Of a stretch of DNA of 64,000 nucleotides, positions 16,921 to 27,908 are shown piece by piece (position 1 is the first letter of the stretch; the number at the start of each line of letters is the position of its first letter). The stretch comes from an uncultured Bacteroidota bacterium (GTDB taxonomy: Bacteria > Bacteroidota > Bacteroidia > Bacteroidales > WCHB1-69). Location: assembly GCA_902786595.1 (NCBI GenBank), contig CADADB010000004.1, positions 105,162-169,161 on the forward strand, given 5' to 3'. The position numbers and the translations under genes were made by a program. Below the pieces are notes generated by a model that saw only the letters and a list, made by a program, of their open reading frames with translations, was not told the DNA's origin and made no database searches.

Positions 16921-18447
16921 TTAACGTCCTTCCTCCGCGGCAATCGCCGCTTCGGTGCGCTTGCGGGTCTCTTCCACGCCGAGAACGCTGATCATGGTGA
17001 AGAGTTCGGGGCCTCGGGCGGCTCCTACGAGACCGATTCTCAGACTGTTAAGCACAGCTCCCATGTTCCATTCGTTGGCTTTGATGTGCTCCATCACGCG
17101 GTCGTGGGCGGCCTGCATGTCGAAGACCTCATCCTGTTCTAACAGCTGGAGTATGACACGCAATTTCTCGCCAGTGCCTTCTTTCCAGCGCTTCTTCAGA
17201 TCCTGTGCGCTGTACTCCGTCGGAGCCACGAAGAAGTAACCGGCCTGCTCCCAGAAATCAGGTATGAAGTTGAGACGATCCTTGATCAAATCAATGACCT
17301 GCAGGAGATAATCTTCCGTATAGGCAATGCCTTTCTCGTCCAAAATCTTGGCAAAATAAGGTGCCAGTTCCTGCGCGGATTTCATCTGGATATATTCGTG
17401 GTTGAACCATTTGGCCTTGTCGAGGGAGAACTTCGCGCCGGATTTGCTGATTTTCTCCAACGAGAAAAGCTCCACCATCTCGTCAAGGGTGAAGATTTCC
17501 TGCTCGGTACCAGGATTCCATCCCAACAATGCCAACATATTCACCACCGCTTCAGGCAGATAACCGCTTTCGCGATATCCCGAGGAGACGTCGCCGCTCT
17601 TGGGATCGTGCCACTCCAGCGGGAATACCGGAAATCCGAGACGGTCGCCGTCGCGTTTGCTGAGCTTGCCGTTGCCATCGGGCTTAAGCAGCAGCGGCAG
17701 ATGCGCGAATTGCGGGGCCTCCCAGCCGAACGCTTTGTACAACATCACGTGCAGGGGCGCCGACGGCAACCACTCCTCACCACGGATCACGTGCGTGATC
17801 TGCATCGTGTGATCATCTACAATATTGGCCAAATGGTAGGTCGGCATTCCATCGGACTTATACAGAACCTTGTCATCCAAGAGGTTGGAATTAATCACCA
17901 CCTCGCCGCGAATCAAGTCGTGGACATGGATGTCGGTGTTTTCGGGATATTTGAAACGAACCACGTAAGGTGCACCCGACTCTATTCGTGCTTTCGTCTC
18001 TTCTGCACTCAGTGTCAGCGAGTTGACCATCGACATACGAGTGGAAGCATCATATTGGAAGGTCTTCTTCTGACTTTCCGCCTCCTTGCGTTTGGCATCC
18101 AGGGCTTCAGGCGTGTCGAAAGCATAATATGCCCAACCATCACGCACAAGTTGCTCAGCGTATGGCTTGTACATCGGCTTACGCTCCGACTGTTTATACG
18201 GACCGAACTCGCCGCCGATGCCGACGCCCTCGTCGAACTTGAGTCCGAGCCACTGGAAGGCCTCGATGATGTACTCCTCTGCGCCCGGCACGAAGCGGGT
18301 CTGGTCAGTATCCTCGATACGCAGCAGGAAAGTGCCGCCGTGTTTCTTGGCAAACAGGTAGTTATACAATGCGGTACGCACGCCGCCGATGTGAAGAGGT
18401 CCAGTCGGACTCGGCGCAAATCTTACTCTCGGTTTCATATTTTCCAT
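16921..18447 (-). CDS. gltX: Glutamate--tRNA ligase
   Basis: [16 protein letters not shown] and KLSKR motifs; start at 18447 or 18438. Confidence 0.97.
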   Translation of the reverse strand: MENMKPRVRFAPSPTGPLHIGGVRTALYNYLFAKKHGGTFLLRIEDTDQTRFVPGAEEYIIEAFQWLGLKFDEGVGIGGEFGPYKQSERKPMYKPYAEQLVRDGWAYYAFDTPEALDAKRKEAESQKKTFQYDASTRMSMVNSLTLSAEETKARIESGAPYVVRFKYPENTDIHVHDLIRGEVVINSNLLDDKVLYKSDGMPTYHLANIVDDHTMQITHVIRGEEWLPSAPLHVMLYKAFGWEAPQFAHLPLLLKPDGNGKLSKRDGDRLGFPVFPLEWHDPKSGDVSSGYRESGYLPEAVVNMLALLGWNPGTEQEIFTLDEMVELFSLEKISKSGAKFSLDKAKWFNHEYIQMKSAQELAPYFAKILDEKGIAYTEDYLLQVIDLIKDRLNFIPDFWEQAGYFFVAPTEYSAQDLKKRWKEGTGEKLRVILQLLEQDEVFDMQAAHDRVMEHIKANEWNMGAVLNSLRIGLVGAARGPELFTMISVLGVEETRKRTEAAIAAEEGR

Positions 18448-18484
18448 AAATGTCATATTCAAAAAGGATGCAAAAATACAAAAT

Positions 18485-18524
18485 TTATGGGGACGAATCA
18501 CAGAATTTGCGATTGTCCCCATAA
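18485..18524 (-). terminator. Probable terminator hairpin after the beta-barrel gene
   Basis: TTATGGGGAC...GTCCCCATAA. Confidence 0.55.
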
Positions 18525-18557
18525 TCTCAGATCAATCTATTAAAAATAGAGATGTTG

Positions 18558-19325
18558 TTACTTCGACACATTAAACAAGCAGGTGAAACGCAGACCCACA
18601 TTTATGGGTATGGTCATATCATGAAGTGCCTCGTTGCTGATCGCGTATGGGACGTAATGGGAGTAAGATCCGACACTTTTTTTCGGTACTTCTTTAAAGA
18701 TCCCATAATCCACGTATGCGCCAAGATAGAATCGGGCTTTAGGCTGGACAAGTTCATCAAAAGAGGTAAATGTCCCAAAAGAACCGCCCAACTCAAAACG
18801 GGTATAAAGTTGGAAATCGCGATTATAACGATACTGATGAATGTCCTCATAATCCCAAACCTCAGAGTTATCGTTCAACGCGGGTCCTATGACAGCGCCG
18901 TTTCCAAAGACACTTAAAGAAGGCGCCACGCCTGCCTTGAAATAGAATTTGCCAAACTCCCCGCCTAACATCACCGGGAAGTTGAAGCTCATATTGTGCA
19001 AAACCTCCATCATCCCTTTTTCTATTGTATTATAATGCAAAAAACCAATCGTTGTGATATCCTCCGTGGACATATTTGCCATAATGGTATTATCATACTC
19101 AACCCCAACACTGAAAGTGAGATGATTGTGATGGAGCTGGTAGCCCAGACCGATATTATCACTTAAGCCCCCGAGACACGCGACGGGCAAATACGGTTTC
19201 AAACGAACGGTGTTCGAATAAGCGGAGCCACGACTTAGGGAAATAAAATGCCGTGTGGGATGTTGTGCATTGATACTTCCTATAGATATCATGCAACAAA
19301 TCAACAAAATAATGCTTTTTTTCAT
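18558..19325 (-). CDS. Hypothetical exported protein, probable small outer-membrane beta-barrel
   Basis: Signal peptide, amphipathic strands, C-terminal VGLRFTCLF. Confidence 0.6.
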   Translation of the reverse strand: MKKSIILLICCMISIGSINAQHPTRHFISLSRGSAYSNTVRLKPYLPVACLGGLSDNIGLGYQLHHNHLTFSVGVEYDNTIMANMSTEDITTIGFLHYNTIEKGMMEVLHNMSFNFPVMLGGEFGKFYFKAGVAPSLSVFGNGAVIGPALNDNSEVWDYEDIHQYRYNRDFQLYTRFELGGSFGTFTSFDELVQPKARFYLGAYVDYGIFKEVPKKSVGSYSHYVPYAISNEALHDMTIPINVGLRFTCLFNVSK

Positions 19326-19366
19326 GATAATAATTTTTACATTTATACTTAATATAACGATACTAT

Positions 19367-21163
19367 TTATCTCTTATTGCGCAAAGCAGCTCTTATTTCT
19401 CGAATTTTTTTCTTGTTTTCAGGCAAATCGGCGAAAAAGAACAAATGCTGGTCCTGGCGCTCTTGTTTGCTCTTCGCCACATGCACTTTCTTGCCCGTAT
19501 AGGGGTCATAACCAAGATAATACATCGCCGTGGCATACGTCATGGGGGTAGGTGTGAAGTCCTGCACCTGATCGGTCATCAAATGATATTTATGAGTGAT
19601 GTCGCACAATTTGCTCATCTTTTCGATGGTACATCCGGGATGCGAGGCAATAAAATAGGGAATAAGCTGCTGATTTTTCCCGCATTTCCGATTTTCCTCG
19701 TTGAAATCTTTGAGAAAGTCGAGAAAATGGTCAAAGGAGGGCTTGCGCATAAGGGAAAGAACCTCCGCGTCCGTGTGTTCGGGCGCAACCTTCAGACGTC
19801 CCGAAACATGGTGTCGAACCACTTGTCGGAGATACTCCCCGAGCCCGAGTTGCATACGCTCTTTTTCGTTGTCTGTCAACAACATATCGTAACGGATGCC
19901 GCTGCCGATGGTAATGTGCTTCACCCCGTTGGTGTTCATCACTTTCTGATAGAGAGCCGTGACGGCATGGTGGTCGGCGACCAGATTCGGGCACTTTTTC
20001 GGCACAAGGCAGGAGGCACGCGCGCACTTCTCGCACTGCGACAAATCTTTGCCATGCATTTTGTACATATTGGCGGACGGGCCACCCAAATCACTGATAT
20101 GTCCCTTGAAATAAGGGCGTTGCACCAAATCCTCCACTTCGTGCATAACGGATTCCTCAGAGCGGGAGGCAATGGCCTTGCCCTGGTGCGCGGCAATGGC
20201 ACAGAAGCTGCATCCGCCGAAACACCCCCGATGGATAGTGATGGAGTTCTTGATCATCTCGAAGGCAGGGATGTCGCCACGTTTCAGATACTTGGGATGC
20301 GGCGCATTCTTCATCCGGTCGAAGAGCGCGAAACTGTCCATTTCCTCTTCCGTGGCCACGGGAAACGGCGGCCGCACCACCACAAACTTATCCGTATAGG
20401 GCTGGATCAATGTGCGTTGCACCCGCTTGTTCGACTCCTTCTCCATCGCTACAAAGTTTTCCCCATACTTACGCTTATCTTTCAGCTCTTCAGCATAATC
20501 ATGAAGCAGAATCGGATTTTCGGACTTATAGCGGTCAACACTATTATCTATATAGGCAATTTGGGAGCATTCGGAAAGATGATCGCGCCAGTCGGGGCGT
20601 TGCATGAGATGCGCCAGCTGTACAATAGGCCGTTCGCCCATGCCATAGACCAGCACATCTGCCTGACTGTCAAGGAGAATGGAAGGTTTGAGGGTGTCGC
20701 TCCAATAGTCGTAATGGGAGAGCCGTCGCATGGAGGCCTCCACACCTCCGAGCACAATGGGGGTGTCGGGGAAAAGCTGTCGCAAGATGCGGGAATAGAC
20801 GGTGGTGGCATAATCGGGGCGGAAACCGGCCTTGCCTCCAGCGGTGTAGGCATCATCGCTGCGCAGCCGTTTGTTGGCGGTGTAGTGGTTGACCATGGAG
20901 TCCATGTTGCCAGAAGTAACCCCGAAGAAAAGACGCGGAGTCCCCAGCTTCTTAAAGTCGCGGAGGTCGTCCTGCCAGTTGGGCTGCGGCAAAATAGCCA
21001 CGCGCAGTCCTTCGCGCTCGAGCACACGCCCGATGACCGCCGCACCAAAAGACGGATGGTCCACGTAAGCGTCACCGTTCACGATGATGACATCCACGTA
21101 ATCCCAACCCAAATAGTCGAGTTCCTTCTTGGTAATCGGTAGAAAATGCGACGCACCGGACAT
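19367..21163 (-). CDS. YgiQ family radical SAM protein
   Basis: GDAYVDHPSFG, GNMDSMVNHYT, RGCFGGCSFC, QVQDFTPTP. Confidence 0.93.
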   Translation of the reverse strand: MSGASHFLPITKKELDYLGWDYVDVIIVNGDAYVDHPSFGAAVIGRVLEREGLRVAILPQPNWQDDLRDFKKLGTPRLFFGVTSGNMDSMVNHYTANKRLRSDDAYTAGGKAGFRPDYATTVYSRILRQLFPDTPIVLGGVEASMRRLSHYDYWSDTLKPSILLDSQADVLVYGMGERPIVQLAHLMQRPDWRDHLSECSQIAYIDNSVDRYKSENPILLHDYAEELKDKRKYGENFVAMEKESNKRVQRTLIQPYTDKFVVVRPPFPVATEEEMDSFALFDRMKNAPHPKYLKRGDIPAFEMIKNSITIHRGCFGGCSFCAIAAHQGKAIASRSEESVMHEVEDLVQRPYFKGHISDLGGPSANMYKMHGKDLSQCEKCARASCLVPKKCPNLVADHHAVTALYQKVMNTNGVKHITIGSGIRYDMLLTDNEKERMQLGLGEYLRQVVRHHVSGRLKVAPEHTDAEVLSLMRKPSFDHFLDFLKDFNEENRKCGKNQQLIPYFIASHPGCTIEKMSKLCDITHKYHLMTDQVQDFTPTPMTYATAMYYLGYDPYTGKKVHVAKSKQERQDQHLFFFADLPENKKKIREIRAALRNKR

Positions 21164-21203
21164 AGTCACTTGTCTTTTCAGACGGCAAAAATACATTTTT
21201 AAT

Positions 21204-21231
21204 GGTTATGGGTTATGGGTTATGGGTTATT
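21204..21231. repeat. Heptamer tandem repeat (GGTTATG)x4
   Basis: GGTTATG GGTTATG GGTTATG GGTTATT. Confidence 0.8.
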
Positions 21232-21355
21232 GAAGCAGGATGGGCGTTGGATATCAAGCATTATCTATTAGCCAAGAACCAGTAAATGAAGACAATAAAC
21301 AAAAAGCATAACATGTAAAAAAAAAGTGTATTTTTGCCGCCTGAATTTTGACAGT

Positions 21356-21383
21356 GTAGAAACGTTTCATGAAACGTCTCTAC
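21356..21383. repeat. 28-nt GTAG-type REP palindrome (copy 3) in the tRNA leader
   Basis: GTAGAAACG-TTTCATGAAA-CGTCTCTAC, 5 nt before the tRNA. Confidence 0.8.
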
Positions 21384-21388
21384 TGTCG

Positions 21389-21462
21389 GGTCCCATAGCT
21401 CAGTTGGTTAGAGCATCTGACTCATAATCAGAGGGTCCAAGGTTCGAGCCCTTGTGGGACCA
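21389..21462 (+). tRNA. tRNA with CAT anticodon, most likely tRNA-Ile2 (lysidine) rather than Met
   Basis: GGTCCCA/TGGGACC acceptor stem with C4-G69 and C5-G68; TCTGA-CTCATAA-TCAGA anticodon arm. Confidence 0.88.
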
Positions 21463-21466
21463 CTTT

Positions 21467-21499
21467 TAATTCATAATGCATAATTCATAATTCATAATT
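21467..21499. repeat. Heptamer tandem repeat (TAATTCA)n just after the tRNA
   Basis: TAATTCA TAATGCA TAATTCA TAATTCA TAATT. Confidence 0.75.
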
Positions 21500-21589
21500 T
21501 TTTTGGCAATCGGACGTTTAGTTACGAAGGATTGATTGCGAATAATACGCTAACGAAAAAAAAGTATATTTGCATCATGATTCGTGAAT

Positions 21590-23311
21590 ATGGCAAAAAG
21601 GTCGGACATATTATCCCATTGGAGAAGCTGCATAACAATTCTAGGGCTGCTCTTTTTAGCCGTATTCCTGTTAATTGTTCCTGATTCCTGCAAGAACAAA
21701 ACCAAAAACGGGGTTCAGCCAAGACAAGAAGAGCTGGACAAACCGAAAGAGGCAGAATTCGTTGATGATCTGGAACTTGCTGATTTTTCCTTTTCCAACA
21801 TCAAAGGGTTCTTTTTAGGTGAAATAAACGACCAGCCGTATGCTCTTTGCATTGAAACCGCGGACAAAAGCAAAGTGACTGGAAAATATTACCGGATTGA
21901 CACGCTGGAAAGCAGTGCTCTGCCCGTTCCTTTCAAGCTTCTGCGGGAACGCGACGGTCACCGACTCGTTGCCGGCTCCGCAAACGAGCTGGTGACTTTC
22001 TCCATTGCCGCCGACTCGGCTGCAATCCTTGGCACCATCAACACACAGGGTGAACAGGCGAATACGTTTCGAATCTCCTTCAAACACTACGTGTCTCCCC
22101 CCTACCGCGAAATCAAGTCCACCCGTTACCGCGAACCGAAGTACGATTTCACGAAGACCGCTGACGTCAAATACGGAACAGCAAAAGGTTTTTGGACCAG
22201 CTATCCCATGGAGGACGACACCAACTATGTCAGGATGATTTTGAAACTGTTGCCCAAAACGGCGATCACGAAAAAGCTAGATCTGCTTCTAGACCTATAC
22301 GTTCCCGACGACAGTGTGCAAAAGCATCCGCTAATTGTGTTGCTGCATGGAGGGGCGTACTTTTTCGGCGACAAAGGCAACCGGAACATGCAGGTATGGT
22401 GTGAGAATTTCGCAAAATGCGGTTATGTGGTGGCCTCCGTCAACTACCGGCTGGGATTTGCCCTCTCCAAAAATTCTATCCAACAATGTGGATATCAGGC
22501 AATCCAAGACGCGCACGCCGCACTCCGCTATTTGGTGGCTAACGCTGAAGAATACCGAATCGACCCCGACCACATCTTCCTCGCCGGTACCAGTGCAGGA
22601 TCCATCACCGCCCTGGGGACCGCATTCATGGACAACACAAACTGTCCGCCCTTTGTAGTCAAGAACAAGCTTCAGAAAAAATGCGGATCGTTGCACACTT
22701 CTGGCAACGAATACCGCGACAACGTGAGAATCAAGGCGATAGCCAACATGTGGGGGGCAGTTTACGACCTGCATGAGCTGGACGGCCGCCGCATCCCGAT
22801 AGTTTCCTTCCACGGCACCAGTGACAAGGTTGTCCCTTTCGACCACGGTTTCCCATTCTCGGGAGTGAAAAGCAAACTCGGCGAAAGGATGTTCGACGAG
22901 ATGTTTGGCTCGAAAGCCATCCACCACCACCTCGACTCCTTGCATGTGCGCAACAAACTGTATCCGCTCGAAAGTTGCGGTCATGCGCCGTACCAGGAGA
23001 AAAACGGCACTCTGAACCATCACTATTATTTCATTCAGGATAAGATTCAGGAGTTTTTCTATCCAGAGCTCAAATCGAAAATCGAAATGAAACAGGACGA
23101 ACGAAATCCGCAAATATATTGCATCAACGAAGAAGACGCATCTTGTATCAGCTGGCAGACGGAAGGCGGCCTGATACTTGCCAATTCTGGAAACAGCGTC
23201 CGTGTGATTTGGTTTGAGGACGCCCCAAAACATCTGCTTCGCGCCTGCGGACTCAATTCCTTAGGCGTTCCTTTCAAACAGGAATGGAATCTCAAGAAGG
23301 CCTGTTCATAA
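21590..23311 (+). CDS. Membrane-anchored/exported alpha/beta hydrolase (carboxylesterase family)
   Basis: HGG oxyanion motif, GTSAG nucleophile, HGTSDKVVP, GH; N-terminal hydrophobic segment. Confidence 0.85.
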   Translation: MAKRSDILSHWRSCITILGLLFLAVFLLIVPDSCKNKTKNGVQPRQEELDKPKEAEFVDDLELADFSFSNIKGFFLGEINDQPYALCIETADKSKVTGKYYRIDTLESSALPVPFKLLRERDGHRLVAGSANELVTFSIAADSAAILGTINTQGEQANTFRISFKHYVSPPYREIKSTRYREPKYDFTKTADVKYGTAKGFWTSYPMEDDTNYVRMILKLLPKTAITKKLDLLLDLYVPDDSVQKHPLIVLLHGGAYFFGDKGNRNMQVWCENFAKCGYVVASVNYRLGFALSKNSIQQCGYQAIQDAHAALRYLVANAEEYRIDPDHIFLAGTSAGSITALGTAFMDNTNCPPFVVKNKLQKKCGSLHTSGNEYRDNVRIKAIANMWGAVYDLHELDGRRIPIVSFHGTSDKVVPFDHGFPFSGVKSKLGERMFDEMFGSKAIHHHLDSLHVRNKLYPLESCGHAPYQEKNGTLNHHYYFIQDKIQEFFYPELKSKIEMKQDERNPQIYCINEEDASCISWQTEGGLILANSGNSVRVIWFEDAPKHLLRACGLNSLGVPFKQEWNLKKACS

Positions 23312-23427
23312 CCCTATCCCCAGCTGTTGAAAAAATATTTTTGCAAAAGATTGATTATATGCAAAAAAAGTCTATTTTTGCAGCCCGAAAATTTAAAACG
23401 AAAAAACATAAAAAATAGTAAGAAATA

Positions 23428-23679
23428 ATGGCAAACCACAAGTCATCATTAAAGAGAATTAGAGCAAACGAAACCAAAAGATTAGCAAATCGTTACTACT
23501 CCAAAACGATGCGTAACGCATTGAGAGACATTCGCGCTATCAGCGATAAAGGCGAGGCCACCTCTAAGTTGGCAAACATGACCTCCATGATTGACAAACT
23601 CGCCAAAAGGGGCATGATTCACAAGAACAAAGCTGCCAACCTGAAATCAGGTTTGATGAAGCATATCAATGCCCTCTAA
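23428..23679 (+). CDS. rpsT: 30S ribosomal protein S20
   Basis: [12 protein letters not shown]...[11 protein letters not shown]. Confidence 0.97.
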   Translation: MANHKSSLKRIRANETKRLANRYYSKTMRNALRDIRAISDKGEATSKLANMTSMIDKLAKRGMIHKNKAANLKSGLMKHINAL

Positions 23680-24109
23680 ACCACTCTCCGAAGATACGCA
23701 TTTCCGTGTCTCCGTACCTGTGCAGGTGCGGATGAGTGATTTAGACCCCTTCGTCCATGTCAATAACGGCATCCAATGCCACTATTTTGATCTTGGACGG
23801 AGTTTTTATTTGGAAAAAGTGCTGCAAAACCAGGTCGATTGGAAAACCATCGATCTGGTTTTGGTGCATATAGAGCTCGACTTTGCCGCACCCGTGGAGT
23901 TCCACGACAAGCTCGTGTGCGAGTCCAAGATCTTCGAAATCGGCCACAAAAGTCTGAAAATGCGGCAACAGCTTCGCGACCTCAACACCAACACCGTGAA
24001 AACCACCTGCCTGAGCGTCCTCGCCGGCTTCGACCGCCAAACCCATCAGGCCATCCCCATTTGCGAGGAGTACAAGCGAAGGATTCGGGAGTTTGAAGGG
24101 AATGTGTGA
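23669..24109 (+). CDS. Acyl-CoA thioesterase (4HBT/YbgC family)
   Basis: [14 protein letters not shown] hotdog motif. Confidence 0.85.
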   Translation: MPSKPLSEDTHFRVSVPVQVRMSDLDPFVHVNNGIQCHYFDLGRSFYLEKVLQNQVDWKTIDLVLVHIELDFAAPVEFHDKLVCESKIFEIGHKSLKMRQQLRDLNTNTVKTTCLSVLAGFDRQTHQAIPICEEYKRRIREFEGNV

Positions 24110-24254
24110 CGTATGACGGGAGACATGAGACATACGTGATTAACGAGGATTTATACAGCGAAAATCAACGAAATAAAACACAAAGGATAATCCACCGAAA
24201 TACCTTGAACAAACGAAAACGCCCAAAGTCTTAAGTCTTACGTCTAACGTCTCA
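24107..24254. repeat. Inverted pair of heptamer arrays bracketing about 90 bp of A-rich DNA
   Basis: Left TGACGTA TGACGGG AGACATG AGACATA; right AGTCTTA AGTCTTA CGTCTAA CGTCTCA. Confidence 0.6.
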
Positions 24255-24256
24255 GA

Positions 24257-25006
24257 ATGATCAGCAAAAACCGCATATCCCAAATCCGTAAGTTACACGC
24301 CAAGAAATTCCGCGATGAGAGCGGACTTTTTTTGGTGGAGGGTTATAAAAGCGTGGAGATGCTTTGCGCCTCCGATTTTGAAGTGGAGGAGATTTTCGCC
24401 ACTGAAAACGCTCTGACGGACAATGCTGCGTGGTTAAGTTCCCTCTCCCCCACCCTTGTCACCGCCGAGGAGATGTCGCGCATCAGCACTATGCAGACTC
24501 CGCCGGAACTGCTTGCAATTGCACTTCAGCGGCAATCCCTTCCCGACATCCCCACCGACCAGTCCATACTTGCTCTTGACCACATCTCGGACCCCGGCAA
24601 CCTCGGCACCATCATCCGTACTGCCGATTGGTTTGATATCCAGCATGTTGTATGTTCCCCCGACTGCGTGGAGTTCTACAACCCGAAAGTCATTCAGGCG
24701 ACTATGGGTTCCTTCACACACATACACGTACACCGTCGTTCACTTCCAGAATTTCTAAAACAGGAAAGCTGTCGTCGTCACATTCTCGGCACCTTCCTCG
24801 ATGGTGAAGATATCCGCCAGTTCAAATTCAACCGCAACGAAATCGTGGTCATCGGCAACGAGTCGAACGGCATCTCAGAGGAGGTGGCCAACGCCGTCAC
24901 GCACCGCATCACCATTCCCACCGCCGCCCAAGGCCGCGACACCGCCGAGTCCCTCAACGCTGCCATCGCCGCCGCCGTAGTGATGTACCGGATGGCGGGG
25001 TGTTAG
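24257..25006 (+). CDS. TrmH (SpoU) family RNA methyltransferase
   Basis: DPGNLGTIIRTA, IGNESNG, ESLNAA. Confidence 0.92.
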   Translation: MISKNRISQIRKLHAKKFRDESGLFLVEGYKSVEMLCASDFEVEEIFATENALTDNAAWLSSLSPTLVTAEEMSRISTMQTPPELLAIALQRQSLPDIPTDQSILALDHISDPGNLGTIIRTADWFDIQHVVCSPDCVEFYNPKVIQATMGSFTHIHVHRRSLPEFLKQESCRRHILGTFLDGEDIRQFKFNRNEIVVIGNESNGISEEVANAVTHRITIPTAAQGRDTAESLNAAIAAAVVMYRMAGC

Positions 25007-25125
25007 CTGTTAGCTTTTGGCTGTTAGCTTTTGGCTATTAACTATTGGCTATTGGCTGTTTTAGATAGCTATGGCTAGTAACTGTGTGCCTTTTAAGGAG
25101 GCTGACTATAACCATAACTATAACT
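25001..25125. repeat. Heptamer array (TRTTRGC, about 8 units) plus hexamer array (ACTATA)
   Basis: TGTTAGC TGTTAGC TTTTGGC TGTTAGC TTTTGGC TATTAAC TATTGGC TATTGGC; the first unit contains the stop codon. Confidence 0.8.
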
Positions 25126-25269
25126 GCCGATTGTAAATCCTGAATCGCAAACCGAAAATCCCGCAAAAAAATTCAATTTTGCATTAAAAAATTTAGTATT
25201 TTTGCGAGGGTAATATATTGTGCGTATTATTTCAAAAAAAATCTATAACAAATTAAATACCAATCAAAT

Positions 25270-26829
25270 ATGGCAATGCAAGATAAAATCAACGAGCTTT
25301 TGTCCTTGAGGGAGAAGGCTCGTTTGGGCGGCGGTCAAGACAAGATTGACAAACAGCACGCCAAAGGCAAATATTCCGCTCGTGAGCGCATCCTGATGTT
25401 CCTCGACGAAGGCAGCTTTGAGGAGTTCGACATGTTCGTGACCCACCGCTGCGTGAACTTCGGCATCGAGAAGGACAAATTCCTGTCCGATGGTGTGGTG
25501 ACCGGCTACGGCACCGTGAACGGCCGTCTGGTCTATGTCTTCTCACAAGATTTCACCGTGTTTGGCGGTTCTCTTTCCGAGACCTTCGCCGCGAAGATCT
25601 GCAAGGTGATGGACCAGGCCATGAAGGTCGGTGCTCCCGTCATCGGCTTCAACGACTCCGGTGGAGCCCGTATCCAGGAGGGTGTCAACAGCTTGGCTGG
25701 CTATGCCGAGATTTTCCAGCGCAACATCCTGGCTTCCGGCGTGGTTCCGCAAATCTCCGCCATCTTCGGCCCTTGCGCCGGCGGCGCGGTCTATTCTCCT
25801 GCATTGACCGACTTCATCATGATGGCCCAGAACTCCAGCTACATGTTCGTCACCGGTCCGAAGGTCGTGAAGACCGTCACCGGCGAGGACGTGACCACCG
25901 AGCAGCTTGGCGGTGCGACCATCCACTCCACCAAATCCGGTGTGGCGCAGTTCTCTGTGGCTGACGAGGAGACGGGTATCGCATTACTGCGCGACCTCAT
26001 CGGCTATCTGCCCTCCAACAATATGGAGGAGCCGCCGTATGAGCCCACCGAGGATCCCATCAACCGTTTGGAAGACAGTCTCAACTCCATCATCCCCGAC
26101 AATCCTAACCAACCCTACGATGTGAAGGATGTGATCGGCGGCATCGTCGATGACGGCAAGTTCCTCGAAGTGCATGCCACCTACGCACAGAACATCGTGG
26201 TCGGTTTCGCCCGTTTCAACGGCATGGCCGTGGGTATCGTGGCCAACCAGCCCAAGTGCATGGCCGGCGTGCTCGACATCAACGCTTCCCGCAAGGGCGC
26301 GCGTTTCGTCCGTTTCTGCGACGCCTTCAACATCCCGTTGGTCACCCTGGTTGACGTTCCCGGCTTCCTGCCCGGCACCGGCCAAGAGTACGGCGGCATC
26401 ATCCTGCACGGCGCGAAACTGCTTTACGCTTACGGTGAGTGCACTGTGCCGAAGGTCACCGTCATTCTGCGCAAGAACTACGGCGGCGCCTACTGCGTGA
26501 TGAGCTCCAAGCACCTCCGCGGCGATGTGAACTACGCATGGCCGACCGCAGAGATCGCCGTCATGGGCGGCAGCGGTGCTGCGGAAATCCTTTACGGTTC
26601 CCAGATGAAGAAGATCGAGGATGCCGGCGAGCGCCAGAAATTCCTCGACGAAAAAGTGGAAGAGTACCGTCAGAAATTCTCCAACCCATACGTGGCTGCG
26701 CAATACGGCTACATCGACGATGTCATCGAGCCGCGCAATACCCGTTTCCGCGTGATCCGCGCCCTTGAGTCGCTGCGTAACAAACGTTTGGAGAACCCGG
26801 CCAAGAAACACGATAACCTGCCGTTGTAA
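25270..26829 (+). CDS. mmdA: Methylmalonyl-CoA decarboxylase alpha subunit (carboxyltransferase)
   Basis: [35 protein letters not shown]; operon with OadG-like, biotin carrier and beta subunits. Confidence 0.9.
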   Translation: MAMQDKINELLSLREKARLGGGQDKIDKQHAKGKYSARERILMFLDEGSFEEFDMFVTHRCVNFGIEKDKFLSDGVVTGYGTVNGRLVYVFSQDFTVFGGSLSETFAAKICKVMDQAMKVGAPVIGFNDSGGARIQEGVNSLAGYAEIFQRNILASGVVPQISAIFGPCAGGAVYSPALTDFIMMAQNSSYMFVTGPKVVKTVTGEDVTTEQLGGATIHSTKSGVAQFSVADEETGIALLRDLIGYLPSNNMEEPPYEPTEDPINRLEDSLNSIIPDNPNQPYDVKDVIGGIVDDGKFLEVHATYAQNIVVGFARFNGMAVGIVANQPKCMAGVLDINASRKGARFVRFCDAFNIPLVTLVDVPGFLPGTGQEYGGIILHGAKLLYAYGECTVPKVTVILRKNYGGAYCVMSSKHLRGDVNYAWPTAEIAVMGGSGAAEILYGSQMKKIEDAGERQKFLDEKVEEYRQKFSNPYVAAQYGYIDDVIEPRNTRFRVIRALESLRNKRLENPAKKHDNLPL

Positions 26830-26839
26830 TATGTTCGTT

Positions 26840-26867
26840 GTAGAGACGTGCCATGGTGCGTCTCTAC
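26840..26867. repeat. 28-nt GTAG-type REP palindrome (copy 4), intra-operonic
   Basis: GTAGAGACGTGCCATGGTGCGTCTCTAC. Confidence 0.85.
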
Positions 26868-26897
26868 ATTCACAAAAACCAATAAATTCAGAGATTT

Positions 26898-27884
26898 ATG
26901 AAATCGATTTACAAATATATCTTCACCGTTGTCGCGCTGTTCGCCGTCACGGCCTCCTTCGGGCAGTCGGTACATGACCTGCGCCTCAACGAGATGATGA
27001 TCAAGAACGAGGATAACTATGCCGACGAGTATGGCCGTCACGTGCCGTGGGTGGAGATTTTCAACACCGCCTACAACACGGTCAACATCACCGGCTGTTA
27101 TCTCACCGACGACACGACGGGTCTGGCCAGAGCCGGCAAGAAAGGCGGCGAAATCCCGACCCGCTGGTACCGTATCCCCACGGACCAGAAAATGTACATG
27201 CCCCAGCGCAGCTTCCTGATTTTCTATCTGGACAATTCACCGCTGTACGGGCCTTACCACGCCAACTTCACCCCTGCGGAGTCGAAGACGCACTACATCG
27301 CGCTCATCAGTTCCAACGGCAAAGAGTTGCTCGACATCGTGGAATATCCTGTGGAATTGCGTGACACTACCCGCACATACGGCTACGTGCTAGACGGTGT
27401 CCGCGACCCGAAAGCCTTCAAACAGGGCAAACGGCAGTCTGGCGAACTCGACTTCTTGAGCGAGTTCACTCCGGCATCTTCCAATGAAACGGGCGTGAAA
27501 ATCTCCAAGCAGGACAAACTCAAACGCGACGATCCCTACGGCATCGGCATGGCACTCATCTCCATGGCCGTGGTGTTCACGGCGCTAATCATGATCTACA
27601 TCATGCTGAAGATTTTCAACTACGTAAGCCGTCGCGCCACCCAGAAGTCCAAAGCGCAAGAAGAAGCGGCAAAAGCAAACGTAGCTGCCGTGAAATCTGC
27701 TGACGACAAGGAGGTTGAGGCCGCCAACGCGGAAGAGATTGCCGCCATCGGCGTGGCCCTGCACCTGCACTTCGGCAGCATGCACGACGAAGAGAGTGAG
27801 GTCATTACCATCAACATGCCTTCCAAGCACTATTCGCCGTGGGCTCAAAAAGAACTTACCATGAAGAGAAACCCCAGAAGATAA
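26898..27884 (+). CDS. OadG/MmdD-like subunit with N-terminal lamin-tail-like exported domain
   Basis: LRLNEMM..N...WVEIFN, DPYGIGMALISMAVVF TM helix, AAIGVALH..HDEES...SPW. Confidence 0.82.
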   Translation: MKSIYKYIFTVVALFAVTASFGQSVHDLRLNEMMIKNEDNYADEYGRHVPWVEIFNTAYNTVNITGCYLTDDTTGLARAGKKGGEIPTRWYRIPTDQKMYMPQRSFLIFYLDNSPLYGPYHANFTPAESKTHYIALISSNGKELLDIVEYPVELRDTTRTYGYVLDGVRDPKAFKQGKRQSGELDFLSEFTPASSNETGVKISKQDKLKRDDPYGIGMALISMAVVFTALIMIYIMLKIFNYVSRRATQKSKAQEEAAKANVAAVKSADDKEVEAANAEEIAAIGVALHLHFGSMHDEESEVITINMPSKHYSPWAQKELTMKRNPRR

Positions 27885-27908
27885 TCACCAAAATCAGAAA
27901 TAAAGAAT

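Noticed and set aside
19445-21142. Long antisense ORFs (565 aa here; also 3294-4601, 17398-18543, 29859-31112, 8102-9046, 58099-59142)
   Set aside because: They are shadows of well-supported genes on the opposite strand and show no recognisable motifs.
2052-21462. Integrative element anchored at either tRNA
   Set aside because: No integrase and no duplicated tRNA 3' end seen, and housekeeping genes lie between them.
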